A stretch of 64,000 nt of DNA. It comes from the human T2T-CHM13v2.0 reference genome, Homo sapiens. Location: assembly GCF_009914755.1 (NCBI RefSeq), contig NC_060926.1, one strand, 5' to 3'. Of this stretch, positions 16,011 to 29,073 are shown in pieces. The position numbers and the translations under genes were made by a program. Under the pieces are notes generated by a model that was given only the letters and a program-made list of their open reading frames with translations, was not told where the DNA came from and made no database searches. Every line of letters starts with the position of its first letter. The first letter of the stretch is position 1.

Positions 16011-16729
16011 TAGTTTGTTATCTCCCGAGTCATAATAGAAGAGTTGAAAAACATTTTGATCATTATCTAATCACAACTGCCTTTTCTATTAAAAAAAATT
16101 ATCAAAAGAATAACAGTTAAGATGTAACTAAGTCCCGACTACTTTGAAGATTTGGTATAAATTAGGAAAAAAATTCAAATAAAATTTAATGTTTTAAAAC
16201 AGCCCTTTTACTAAAGACTTGGCTTCTTTTTTGGCTTTTTAAAAAACTTACAGTTGCAGCCTTGATTAAAGACCTCAGGTTTCCTAAAGTACTTTTAAAC
16301 TCATTGCTTTATATAGTTTCAATATATTGCTGCTAATCAGTGCCCTGTTCTTACCAACTAAAGGTGCTATCTTTTATCTGCAACTTCGTTTGTGTCATGT
16401 CCAGAAGCAAAAGCAAACATAAAACAAAACATATGGAGGAAAAATGATTTCAGTCTTTTCACTGTTCACTTCTATTTTTTACTCTTCTTATAAATCAGTA
16501 AAATGTTACTCTTGAACTACCATCACACCCACTTACTGTGGTTTTCCATTGTTGTATAGGATTTTAAAAAATAACTCATTAAATAAGCTTCATTTGAAGA
16601 TCTCTGACAAGCTTGCTTTTCACTTATGAACCTAATGTAAAACATCCAATTTAGATACATTTTAAGCAGTTACTAAATAATTCCCTTACAGCTATATAGG
16701 GGTGCCTATAAGATGAGTCAATGGGTGGT

Positions 16730-17200
16730 TTATTTAGTCATCTATTTATTCAGCAAGTTATAGAGTGCCAACATTGAACAATGAGCCATCATAGGTTAAA
16801 ATCAGGTAAAATACCAGCTTGTGCAAGAGGTGTGCCTGCCATCACATTTGAACCCAATTGCTGGAAGAGACAAGTCACAGTATGGAACATAAATACCTCA
16901 ATACAAGGTAATTTATGAATCATATTAGGTAATTTGAACAAACTAAGAAAGACTGAGTGAAGAAGATGGACCCTAAAAGAACGGTTAGGATTTTTGATAA
17001 GGACTAGAGGAATATATAAGTGAAGAGAAAGACATAAGTACGGGCTGAATAGGCAGGGAAACCCAGTGTGTATTCAGGGAAGGTCAAACAGAACATATTG
17101 GCAGGAGCAGAAGCTTCATACTGGAAAATAGAAGCAGGTAAAGCTGGTGATGCGTGGAAGTGCTGTGGTGTTTTAAATGCGAGGTGCCTGAGTTTGAAGT
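16730..17200 (-). mobile_element. L2 fragment
   Basis: 'tatttattcagcaagttatagagtgccaac' followed by purine-rich L2-antisense-like sequence. Confidence 0.45.
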
Positions 17201-17819
17201 ATTTCTACGATTCAATTGCCACTCCCTTGTCATTCTTAGCCACTCCAGCCTATCCTCAAGCTGCTGCCAACATGATTCCTCTAAAAGATAAAGTTAACAC
17301 ATAACTCCTCTGTTGAGGATTTCTCAGTGGATTTTAGAAGGGTATGGGTCCCTAAGCCCACTCAAGTATGGGGGTCTATGAGACTGTTCAGAACTGAGCA
17401 CCAAGACACAGGTTCCCTCTGGCTGAGCTCAGCTTGGAGGGTCACCACTGGCCCTGCCTGGTCTCATAGGGAGCTGGATAAACAAGAGCCCTCTTTGATC
17501 CAAGCAATGGTCTCAGACAGAGGTGAAATTGCACCTGGCAACCCATTATGCGATGGCAAATAATGGCAAACAGGCTGAGAGATCTCTGGGTTCTGATTAA
17601 ATTCCAGGACACTTACACAGTGGAATTTGATGTTACTGGCTTACTAAACTCAAACAAACTTTCAAATTCACTGTGTAAATGCATTTAATTTCAGCAAAAC
17701 AGCATCCATTATCTTAAGTTTACATTCAAATATTATAGATTATATTTTTGTTTTAATTTTATTTTAAAAATTAGTGCTGTGTATGGTGGAAAGTAGGAAT
17801 ATAGATATAGATATCATAC

Positions 17820-17990
17820 GGCATTATCTAATTTAGTTTTAAAATGATCCCTGCAGCGTAGTTATTATTATCCCATATTATAGATGAGGAAATTGAGGGT
17901 TAGAGGGTTCAATAACTTATGCAAATTCAAACAGCAATTAAGTAGCAAATTAGGGATTTTAAACCAGTTCTATTCAATGCCACTTCTTCT
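17820..17990 (-). mobile_element. MIR SINE
   Basis: 'ttattattatcccatattatagatgaggaaattgagggttagagggtt'. Confidence 0.7.
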
Positions 17991-20440
17991 GCACATGCAC
18001 ATTCAGATGTCATCTTCAGAGACATCAAAGTAGAATTTGTAAATGACAGAAGCTGAGAAGTGCAAGGACCCAGACTCATCTACAATATCTACTTCCTGGC
18101 CGTGACTCATCAGAGGAAAACTACGAATTATGGTTTTACTAAATCAAGGAGTTATATTCGATGACTTTTCAAATCTTCTCTCATCCCCTTGAGTCTATGA
18201 TCCCTTATCAAATTTCTACTGCTCCCTAAACATTTCAGATTTCAAGAGCTCAGTTGAATCAATGAGGAACTCTTACCCATATTGAAGGAAATGTCTTTTA
18301 TAGTGATATGTTCCTGTTTCCCTAAAACACCACGAGCAAACTTCAAATACCATTCCAACTTTTGCCCTTTTTTTTTTGTCCACACCTCTTTCAAAAATAA
18401 GTAACAGCATTAACAAAAACCAACAAAATTTGGCCCTAGCCCATCTGAAGTATCAGCCAGATTTGCATTTAGTTCCCCAGACCAAAGTAGGAGAAGCAGT
18501 TAGCTGGTTACAAGCCCTTCACAGTGCTAAAGAACAATGAATGGAGGGCTTCAAAATCAAAACCATACGTTTGGTAGGAAACAGCTCCAACTGGTGCTTG
18601 ATTACTAACTAGGCGTTCTGCTTCTAACATGATTAGGACAAACACAGAAAACCCTGTAGGGTTTGAACTGATGGACTGATGTTTCCCTCCCAGGAAGAAA
18701 AAGAGCAGTATCCAATGGCATTGAATCACTGTGATTCTGGATACCTTCAAAAGCCAGGGCTTTGAGGGGGTTCTCATTTCTATGCCACACAGTGAGCCCT
18801 TCTCTTTCTCAGGAATCCTCTCCAGAGAGAGAGGCTTTGTGTAGAATTTTCCTGAATGCAATGAATGTCAGCACATTCCCAGCTAGAATGTGCATTCTAT
18901 TCTTATCAAGTGAAACTGACCTCCCTGCCCCAGCATGCTCTCCTTGTTCAACATGATGATTAATTTCAATGATGCAGGTTTCTAGATGAATTGCACTAGA
19001 ATTTGCATCCACTCCAGATGGCAAATATGTACCTCTGGAATCTCCTCACCCTTAGGAAAGAGGTCATGTGCTAGCTTGCAAGAATGAGGATTTTTAAAAT
19101 AGTTGGCTTACAATCAAATCTGTGTCCCACAAAATGCTCTGTCCAGACTAGCCTCTCTCCTTTTAGTTGGCAGCGATCCTCTCCTTCCTACTCATTTTCC
19201 ATCTGATACCATGTGACTCAAGTAGGAGTCACAACCAAAATGAATTTTTTTTACTGCAAAATTCAAGATTTTACAGTATTTTTTCAGCCAATGGAAGCAA
19301 CCAGGATTCATAAGAGTCTGCAAGTTGATGTTCAATAGGCCCCTGAATCATGCTTATTCACAGATTTCCAAGTTAATTGCCCTGATACATGCTACTGAGC
19401 TTCTTCTAGTGAACAAAAATCTTACTCCATTAGTCATCACTGTCAAAAGGAATACAGTACGCAAAATAAAAGCTGGTCCTCTTTTTGTGTGCATTTCTGC
19501 ATCAGAGTGATTGTTTCAACATTGATTAAATACAGATTTCCCCCCAAAGCTTTGTTGGAAGCGCTAAGTGGTTCAGGTGATGGAAAGTGAGTTAATTCAT
19601 GTGCTCCCCTAAGTATTTTTTATTGAGGCATTTTCTTAGGATTCAAAGCAAAAAGGAAGGAAATTGCTCTTATGTGTATCAAGGAAGTCCAAATACTCAC
19701 ATGGACAAATAGCTGCCCCACTTCATTCGCCCTTCTTTGCATCCCAGAACTGTCACCTCCAGGAGCCTCTGCTGAGGTTACCATGGAGCTGTGGGGAAAA
19801 TTTTGTTTGGAGCTTTCAGAGGATCTGTGGGGATAAACGTGGATGAAGACAAAAACCTGAAAATCTAGGGGCTGGCTCTGGGTTGGGGCAGAATCATAAG
19901 AGCTGGCCCACCCACCCAGCAGTGTCCTGGCTCCCTCATTACCTGAAATTCCACAAATTTAGTTCAAGACAACGCACATTTGCTGTGTCCTGGGAATTCT
20001 GAGATAACTAAAAAAAAAGCTCACGGTATAATGGGAAAGGTAGGAACTTTGTTATAAGATAACTCTGCCTGAAAGAGGTGAAAAGGCATTACTGAGGTAT
20101 TTTTGAGCCAGATTTTGAAGGCAGGATGGAAGATTGCCAAATGCAGAAGAGAAAGCCAAGGGAATCCCATTTACAAAGGTCAGGGCCTGATTTGCTGTGG
20201 CAGAAGAATGGGATCTGGAGGAACCTAGCACTCACAGGAGAGGAGATGAGGCAGGTTTCGCCAGGCCCGAAGACGTGGCCACCAAAGTGTAAGATAGTGT
20301 GATCTGCAACAGTGCTGGAAATAGACTGGGGTAGGGAGAGACCAGTTGTGAGGTTTTTGCCATAGTCCCAGCAAGTACTTATGAAGATCTGGACGGCAGT
20401 GACAGCAGGACTTAAAAAAAAAAAAAATCACATCTTAGAA

Positions 20441-20817
<377 letters not shown>

Positions 20818-21220
20818 TGATAAGGGAGATGTCTGCAGAGGTTTCTAGTTTGGGGGATTAAGCTGATGGTGGCAGTTCTGAGTGAGGTTTCTATCTACCT
20901 CTATCTCTTCATCTGTCTGCTTCTCTCTCGGTCTCTTTCTCTGCCTCTATTTTTTCTATTTCTGTTTTTCTCTGAGACATTCTATACCTGTCTTTTGTCT
21001 CTTGCTTTTTTATGTTATCAGCTTCGTTCTACACATCAGTTCCATTCTCCTCTCTATAATGACCAACTTCTTCTGCCCCCTGGTAACTCAAGATGACACA
21101 TGCCTTTGACTTTCCATAGCTTTCATTCCCTTGAAATTCTCTCACTTCACATTCCACTGTTCATTATAAAGTTCGTTCCATATTTTTCTGTTCAAATTTC
21201 CAATAAAGAGAATCTAATGA

Positions 21221-22435
21221 GAGGCAGCATCTGGCTCCCACTGTCATGGCTATTGCAGTACATTGAGCTCCATAGAAATAGTGCTGGGGAAAGTGAGAAT
21301 TGATAAGCACTGGGCCACTCTGTTGGTGGCTAAGGAAAAATTACTAAACATGCGCAAAGGAGATCCTAAGAGGCCATGGGGCAACATGTCATCATATGCA
21401 TTCTCTGTATAGACTTGCTGGGAGGAAGCACAAGAAGCAGCATCCAGCTCCTTCGGTCAGCTTCTCAGAGTTGTCTCAGGAGTGCTCAGGGAGGTGGAAG
21501 GCCATTTCTGCTAAAGAGAAAGGAAAATTTGAAGACATGGCAAAGGCAGACAAAACCTGTTATGAAAGACAAATGAAAACCTAATCCCTCCTAAAGGGGA
21601 AACAAAAGAGGAGTTTAAGGAAACCAGTGCACCCAAGAGGCCTCTTTTGGGCTTTTTCTTGTTCTGTTCTGAGTATCACCAAGATCAAAGGAGAATATCC
21701 TGGCCTACCCATTGATGACATAGCAAAGAAACTGGGAGAGATGTTAATAACACTGCTGCAGATGGCAAGCAGCCTTATGAAAAGAAGGCTGCTAAGCTGA
21801 AGGAAATATGCGAAAAGGATATTGCTGCATACCGAGCTAAAGAAAAGCCTGATACAGCAAAAAAGCGAGCCATGAAGGCTGAAAAAAAGCAAGACAATGA
21901 AGGAAGAATAGGAAGATGAGGAAAATGAAGAAATGGTGAAGAAGAAGAAGATGATGTTGAATAAGTTGGTTCTAGCACAGTTTCTTTTCCTTGTCTATAA
22001 AGCATTTAACCCTCCCATACAACTCACTCCTTTTAAAGAAAAATAAAACGGAAATGTAAGGCTGTGTAAGGTTTGTTTTTAAACTGTAAAGTGTCTTTTT
22101 TGTTTAGTTATACTATCAATTGTGTAGTTAGATAGCCCTCTTCTAGTGGTATTTTCAATAGCCGCTAACCTTGCCTTGTACAGTATGTGGGGTTTAAATG
22201 GCATGGAAATTTAAAGTAGATTCTTCTTGGTCCATAGCACAAATTAGTTATATATGGGGATGGTCATTTTTTCATCTTCAGTTGTCTCTGACGCAGCCTA
22301 TATGAAATAATTGCTGCTCTGTTAACTGAACATCACTCTGTAATTGCAAGAAAAAAAAAAGTTGTAGCTGTTTTGTTGACATTCTGAATGCTTCTGAGTA
22401 AATACAATTTTTTAAATTAAAAAACCTTTTTTAAA
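21221..22435 (+). pseudogene. HMGB1: HMGB1 processed (retro)pseudogene; specific HMGB1P number not determinable
   Basis: Intronless 5'UTR ('attgcagtacattgagctccatag...gaaaaattactaaacATG'). CDS remnant 21350-21964 (MRKGDPK..., [33 protein letters not shown], acidic tail). HMGB1 3'UTR and degenerate A-tail. 16-bp TSD aaagagaatctaatga (21205-21220) / aaagggaatctaatga (22436-22451). Confidence 0.97.
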
Positions 22436-22494
22436 AAAGGGAATCTAATGAAATCAGCTCTTCTTTCCATGCTACTTCAGAGAGTCATTTACAC

Positions 22495-22660
22495 TGGCTG
22501 CTTATCAGAACCACCTGAGGGAGTCTAAAAAAATACCAATGCGTGGAACCATCCTTGACTTAGTGAATCAGAATCTCTGAGGATGGAAAGCTCAGCATCT
22601 GTATTGTTTTAAGTTCCAGTGGCAATACTGATGCACAAATCGGACTGAAGCCACTGCCAT
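22495..22660. mobile_element. MER5-type hAT MITE
   Basis: 'atcagaaccacctgagg...gaatcagaatctctgagg...gcatctgtattg...actgatgcac'. Confidence 0.6.
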
Positions 22661-22869
22661 TAGTGACAGGTCATACATAGGTCATGGTTCCTAGAGAAGA
22701 CCTTGGGTCAGCCACTCATAACTACTCTGGTCAGTTTCAATCAGAGGTGGGAGATAAGGGGCAGGTAGGGCCACACTGTATGCAACATGGCCAGCCAGGG
22801 ACCTGCGAGTATCCTGGCCATAAAGGCACCATGAAATGTTTGCTACATTAGTCTTGTGAGGGGTAAAAT

Positions 22870-23110
22870 ATTTAAACATAGGTTTACAGTGCTCTGTGAT
22901 GTGTTTTGTGGACAAACACAGATGAGGGGCCTCTAATCCAGATGCGGAGAGGAAGGGAAGATTTTTTCCCAGGTAGGAGACATCTGAGCTGAACCTTGGG
23001 GGAAAGCCAAAGATTAGTCAGGTGAAGAAAAAGAGAAATGAGACCACCGGTGAATGAAACAGCATATCCCAGGCAGAGAGGAGATGTTTGGGCAGCATGG
23101 TAGCATGGTA
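22870..23110 (-). mobile_element. L2 fragment
   Basis: 'aggagacatctgagctgaaccttgg...catatcccaggcagagagg'. Confidence 0.5.
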
Positions 23111-23334
23111 TTACAGGTTCACACTTCAAGCATCCTCTGCCACCCTTCTGCAAACTATAGCAAGGCTTCAGAAAATGTCTCAGTTATTTATTCTGGAAGT
23201 GATTTAAGTCTCTGCCAGACATTTAAGGGCTACCCAAACCAAAATAAAGTGAACTGTGAGAGGATATTGAGAGATTAGACCAGAGAGGTATGCCGAAGCA
23301 CAATTGTGAAGTTTGGTGTTCAATATTCTAGAAT

Positions 23335-23530
23335 AGTAGCTGCTATTTATTAGTTATCCACATACCAGGTACTTTATTGCATTATTTCATTTAATCCTCA
23401 CAGAACCCATAAGGTCAATATTATTGCACTCACATTATACATAAGGAAACAGAAGCTCAAATAGCTTCATTTTACTTGCCACAATCATAAAGCTGGAAAA
23501 TGCAGAGCTGGAATTTGAACTTAACAGTTA
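23335..23530 (-). mobile_element. MIR SINE
   Basis: 'cattatttcatttaatcctcaca...taaggaaacagaagctc...gcagagctggaatttgaac'. Confidence 0.7.
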
Positions 23531-24454
23531 AAGTTCTCAGACTTTAAATTTAGAAAAAGGGGAGAAGGAGAGTTCTGTATTTGAAAATGAAAGAAAAAGA
23601 TACCAATGTTTATGTGGTTGACGATTTGCATAGTGGGATCATTTCAGTACTCAAATGGTTTAAAGAATTTATAAATACATTTATGCAGGTAAATATTCTG
23701 TATCCTTTATTTTAGTTTATTTAAAACATTACAGCAATAAAAAGAACACAATCTAGACAAAACCTGGTGTGGATGCCCAATATGTAAGATAAATGAAAGG
23801 GAAGCTGCTCAGTTCAACAGGAGGTGGGAGGTTCATAAAGCATCAACATCACCCCATCTCTCCTCTCAGTCTTTTCAAAATTCAAGGACCCCATGGCTCT
23901 CATATATGGCCCCAAATAATTTTTAGACTCATAAACTTTTTTTCATACCACAAGCAAATGGCTCCAGGAAGCAAGCAAATGTTATATGAGGTGACAGAGG
24001 TGTTCTTTGCCCTTGTGGAAAATTGTGGCTGTGCAGGAGGGCTCTGGCCACCTATTGAACCCACTCCTGTGCTGTCATGGGTGCTCCTATGACCTAGAGA
24101 AGGGCAGAACCGATCATGGACAGGGTTTAGTGTCAGCTGCAAGCCACCTTCATAGAGAGGCCCTGACCTTTAGTCCACAGAAACAAATAAAGAGATTAAA
24201 CCTTATTTTGGAAGGGAGATTGCCAAGACTGTTTCTGGCAAAGTCTGCCCACAGGAGATGATAAAGTCACCCAGGGATAACGCCCCCTTGCTGGTCCTCT
24301 GCTTATTTTAAGGTTCCTTCCAAGGGGCAATAGAAGGCATCATAAAGTGATTCACACCTGTTCAAACACAGATCATTTTAGGGCCAGCACTGACCACTCC
24401 TAAATCCCTGCTCATTTAGGGAAGTAGGAAGGATTTTAGCACAGCCCATTCATT

Positions 24455-24567
24455 ATGGCAATATTTGCCCTGGTTTTCCCAGGACTGAAAGGTCTTGGAG
24501 GGCATTGAATTTTCAATACTAGATCCAAGAATGTTCCAGGAAAACCAGGACAAATTGGTCATCTTAC
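24455..24567. mobile_element. hAT-Blackjack (MER94-like) MITE fragment
   Basis: 'ccctggttttcccaggact...ccaggaaaaccaggacaaattggtcatctta', internally inverted. Confidence 0.45.
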
Positions 24568-24806
24568 TACAACCCAACACACCACAAAACTTCAGGGTGT
24601 TAACTGATCTATAAAACTTAGGGCCAGACGCTGCCATAGGAGTTCACAGAGTACAAATAATTTTTGTGTATTTTAGATGTGCTCTTTAACAACCAAGTCA
24701 TAGCATTTACATTCTTCCTGTTACAAACTCAATAAATATACTCATTGTCTCAATGCAAAAAACCCAAGTGTATAATCCAGTTAAATATACATGAATACTC
24801 ACAGCT

Positions 24807-25140
24807 TGTGATGGTTAATTTTATGTGTCAACTTGGCTAGGCATGGTAGATATTTGGTCAAACATTATTCTAGATGTTTCTGTGAATATATCTGTAAGAT
24901 ATTAATATTTAAATCCAAAGACTTTGAGTAAAACAGATTACCTTTCATAATGTGGGTGGGCCTCATCCAATAAGCTAAAGGCCTTAATAGAAGAAAAAAC
25001 TGACCTCTCTTGATGAAGAGAAGATTCTGCCAGCAGACAGCCATCAGACTTGAACTGCAACTCTTCCCTGGGTCTCCAGCCAGCAGATTTTGGACCAGCA
25101 CTGCTACAATCATGTGAGACAATTCCTTAATATTTATCTT

Positions 25141-25187
<47 letters not shown>

Positions 25188-25262
25188 GTCTGTCTATATC
25201 TATCATCTATCTATTCATGTACCTATTACTGATTAAGAAAAAGATCTTACTAGAAACCAATA
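24807..25262 (+). mobile_element. MLT2 (ERVL) solo LTR
   Basis: Begins 'tgtgatggttaattttatgtgtcaacttggctagg'; contains 'cagattacctttcataatgtgggtgggcctcatccaat'. Confidence 0.85.
25141..25212. repeat. (TCTA)n tetranucleotide microsatellite
   Basis: About 11 perfect TCTA units followed by TCTG variants. Confidence 0.95.
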
Positions 25263-26571
25263 ACCTGATAAAGTTGTTTGTTTGGACTTTTAAAAACTTA
25301 GAGGGAATTTCCAGCATTACCCCATAATTTTGCAATAACCACTTTTATTCAATATTTGTTGAGTCCTCCTGTAGCTGATCACACACTTGTGTATTTAGAA
25401 TACAAATCCAACATACTGTATGAACAGAAGACATGGGGGTACATACTGTGCAGGGACGTCCTTTACAGACACCCAGCTTACTTCACTGAATCTTGACTCG
25501 TCACATAGACTGGGTTATTTCTTGGCTCCTTAGGTTCATAATTTCTACTTTCTTAGTCCCAGGTACAGCCCCTTTCATGGCCACCTGAATCTCAATCCAG
25601 TGGCTTATCAGCTTAGATTAACAATGATTAACAGAGCTCTAGCCCTTCTTTCCTCCTCTTCTTTAGTTCATCATTAAACTGATGTGCATTTATTATCTTC
25701 CTGGAATCTCCCCAGTGTGTTCTTCTGGATTCTTCTGAGAGGTAAAATTAAAGTTTTCTTGCCTTTACCCTGTAACACTATTGTATATGTATACAGACAC
25801 ATAGACACACACTATTTGAGTTTTTATTTAATATGAACAAATGTGGAAAAGCTTTCTCCTCATTTTCTTCATTCCACATCCTGGTTCCGAGGCAGCTGAT
25901 CTAGTTGGCAGGGGCTGCTCTTTCCTCAATGACTCTGTCTTTCTTGGAGGAAACAGGATGAGCAGCCTCAGAAGAGTCTGCCTCACTGTACATCAAGAAC
26001 ACGAGAATCTTAGCCAATATACACCCCTGGGGCAGCACGTGCAGGCTGTTCCGAGAATCAATGTTGGAATCAAGATGTGGCTCTTGAATCACCGCCATGC
26101 CCCAGTGCTTTTGCTAGTTACACTTCATCATGACGTACTCTTTGGACTGGTTTCACAGAAATGTCTTAGTTCTCCCCTTGAGGGTGGAGAGACATCATGA
26201 TAGAGCCTGAGGGCCAGTGTGATTCTTGCACCATGAGTACTGTTACCTCACAGGGAGCCTGAAGAAGAGCGGGGGAGAAGCTTGTCAAAATTTCTTTCTT
26301 GTGCCACTCAGACCTGATATCTAGATCTCATATGATGACAGGAAGTTCCTGGCACAAGTCCAGTCCTTCGAGGTAATGGTCAGTTGCAATCTCTGTAAAG
26401 GCTTAAGGAAGGTTAGCAGGCCAAGGCACAGTCTTACTGCTGCAGCTGGTCCCAGGGCACTACTGATATGCATTTCCTTATCACCCGTTCTAGACTTTCC
26501 TCATCCTTGACCAATATTTTCATCTGGTTTGCATTCTTGCCCTGTGTGGTGATAGAGACCTTCATCCCTGA

Positions 26572-26948
<377 letters not shown>

Positions 26949-27279
26949 ACACAATTGCCTTTGATCGATGAGACTGGACACAGAAGAACTAAGAGAAGCC
27001 CGTGAATCCTGTGGGTTCTAGACATACTTCTCTCTGTTGCAGCAACCCTCATTCCTCAAGGGAATCATCATCAATTATGCCTGACAGTACGGTAACTCCT
27101 TTTTTTGAACACTGGCATATAGAGTCCAAGGTGGCTTCAGTGGATGTCATGGCAGAAGAGTTTCCACCCTGGGAACTAGGATCACTAATCTAGCAGAGAC
27201 TAAGTTTGTGAGAGTGAGGAGCCCAAATTCTGAAAGTGGATCATTTGGAGTTACAGTGGAACAAGGTTGATCTTATATC

Positions 27280-27440
27280 CTGTATCTATCATCCTTCTAG
27301 CACCCCTTTGTCTGTCTACCAATCTAGCTATCTAACTAATATGTATTATGTATTACATATGCAATCTATCTGCCTAATATATATTATCTATCTAATATTT
27401 TATTTATCTATATATTATCTCTTATCTATCCAATCAATCT
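27280..27440. repeat. Degenerate (TCTA/TA)-rich low-complexity repeat
   Basis: Repeated atct/tatc/tata motifs. Confidence 0.6.
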
Positions 27441-27449
27441 TACCATGAA

Positions 27450-29027
27450 GGGCAGCACCCCAACCCCACAAGGTGTGATCTCTTTGCAGGTACTTATGCT
27501 GAGCCTTCCATGGGCCTTTCATTAGTCTCTCAAGCTAGTTGCTTCTGAGGAATAGAGTACACTTTAAAACTCATGACTCCATAGCCATGAGCCTGTCGCT
27601 GCACTTCCTCTAGTTCTTTACTCTGAGGAAATGTCATGTGTACAATGTTAGCAGATCAGGCATTTTGCAGGTCCTTAGATGGTGGTGTTGGCAGAGATAA
27701 CACCGCCACTTCCCTGTGGCAGGGAAGACAGATCCTTCTCCAGAGTGTCAGTTCAGGTAAGTGTGAATCACTGCTCTTCTAAGGTGAAAGGGGTCTGATG
27801 TATTTGACCTGCCGGTAGCTGGCTGGCAGGTCTTTCCAAGATTGGAGCCATATCAAAGGCTCAGCATCAGTCTCTGATCCTGGCAGGGAGGGAATTCAGC
27901 AGCAGTAGCTAGAACAGCCTTAGTGAGAGGGAGTCCATGTTGTTTGATCCATGCTCAGTTTCCATTCTTGCCACCATAACTTGCAGCCCCATTGCACAAA
28001 CACTGGGATGACTCAGTAGGAAGCTGGCTGACATTCACAGGGCAGGTCATGCTGCCAACTTGGTTGTTGAGAACTTTGCATGAAATTGCTGTTCTCTAAT
28101 GGGTATTCATATGACATAAAAGGTCTGCATGTATTGTTTCCACTCCCTAAGTCTCTGTACATGAATATCTGCTAGACATCCTTGTCCCATGTCCTTGAGT
28201 CTTGACTATTTGATCAAATCATTTTCATTGCTCAGGACTCAGTATATATTCTTTCCTCAGGCCACTTCTCCTTCAACATGAAATGATAATCAATTTTATT
28301 GCCCAATTGGAGAATTTCTCTCAATTACTTTTCTTCAGGGTCAATCTTTGGTGAGACTTTAGTACAGCAAAAGTTCATTTCTGGCTAGCACCAACATATT
28401 TCACCAAACTTTGTGTAAACCAAGCCCTTTGTCCTTCTGTCGGTCGGTCACAGGAAATCCTCAGTGATGACATAGGAATGGATTGATGGAAAGATGCTGG
28501 CACAAGAGAGATAGATGAAATGGGCCTAGGCTACCTGCTGATACAATTTACAGAGGTGTCCTGCATTGACATCAGTCCAGTCCAGTCCAATCCTCAATGT
28601 ACCTTGTCCATCATGTAATAGATTGCTGCCATAGCCCCCCCTGCCCATATGATTTGGTAGATCTGATCAACTCAGCTCATGATAAGCAGCTCTGGTTTCA
28701 CAGAGACTTGGTGTTCCATGATGGGAACTAAATTTTTATTTGTGACTAGTGTCATGCTGTTTTTCAAAGGGAAATTTATTCTGTTATATATATTTCAAAG
28801 CCATATAGATATGTCTTCACTCCAGAATCTCAGTGGTCTGTGCTATGATTTTTCTAATGAGATTTTTTTCAGAGATTCTATATAGCATTCTTACCCCTAA
28901 ATACCTTGAAATGCTTCAAACTAGATGAGACATATGGCTCAAGAGGCAGGGCAGCTTGTATTGCAACTTGGTCTTTCTGCAACTCCCTGTCTTCCTCTGG
29001 ACCACATTTGAAGCTGGCTCTGGTCTA

Positions 29028-29073
<46 letters not shown>

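Noticed and set aside
21396-21584. HMG-box-like ORF as a functional gene
   Set aside because: It is a fragment of a frameshifted, TSD-flanked HMGB1 retrocopy.
25841-26233. Possible processed pseudogene (I considered RPS27-like) or a coding ORF
   Set aside because: My manual translations gave no convincing match, and there is no polyA tail or TSD. Kept only as a candidate terminal exon.
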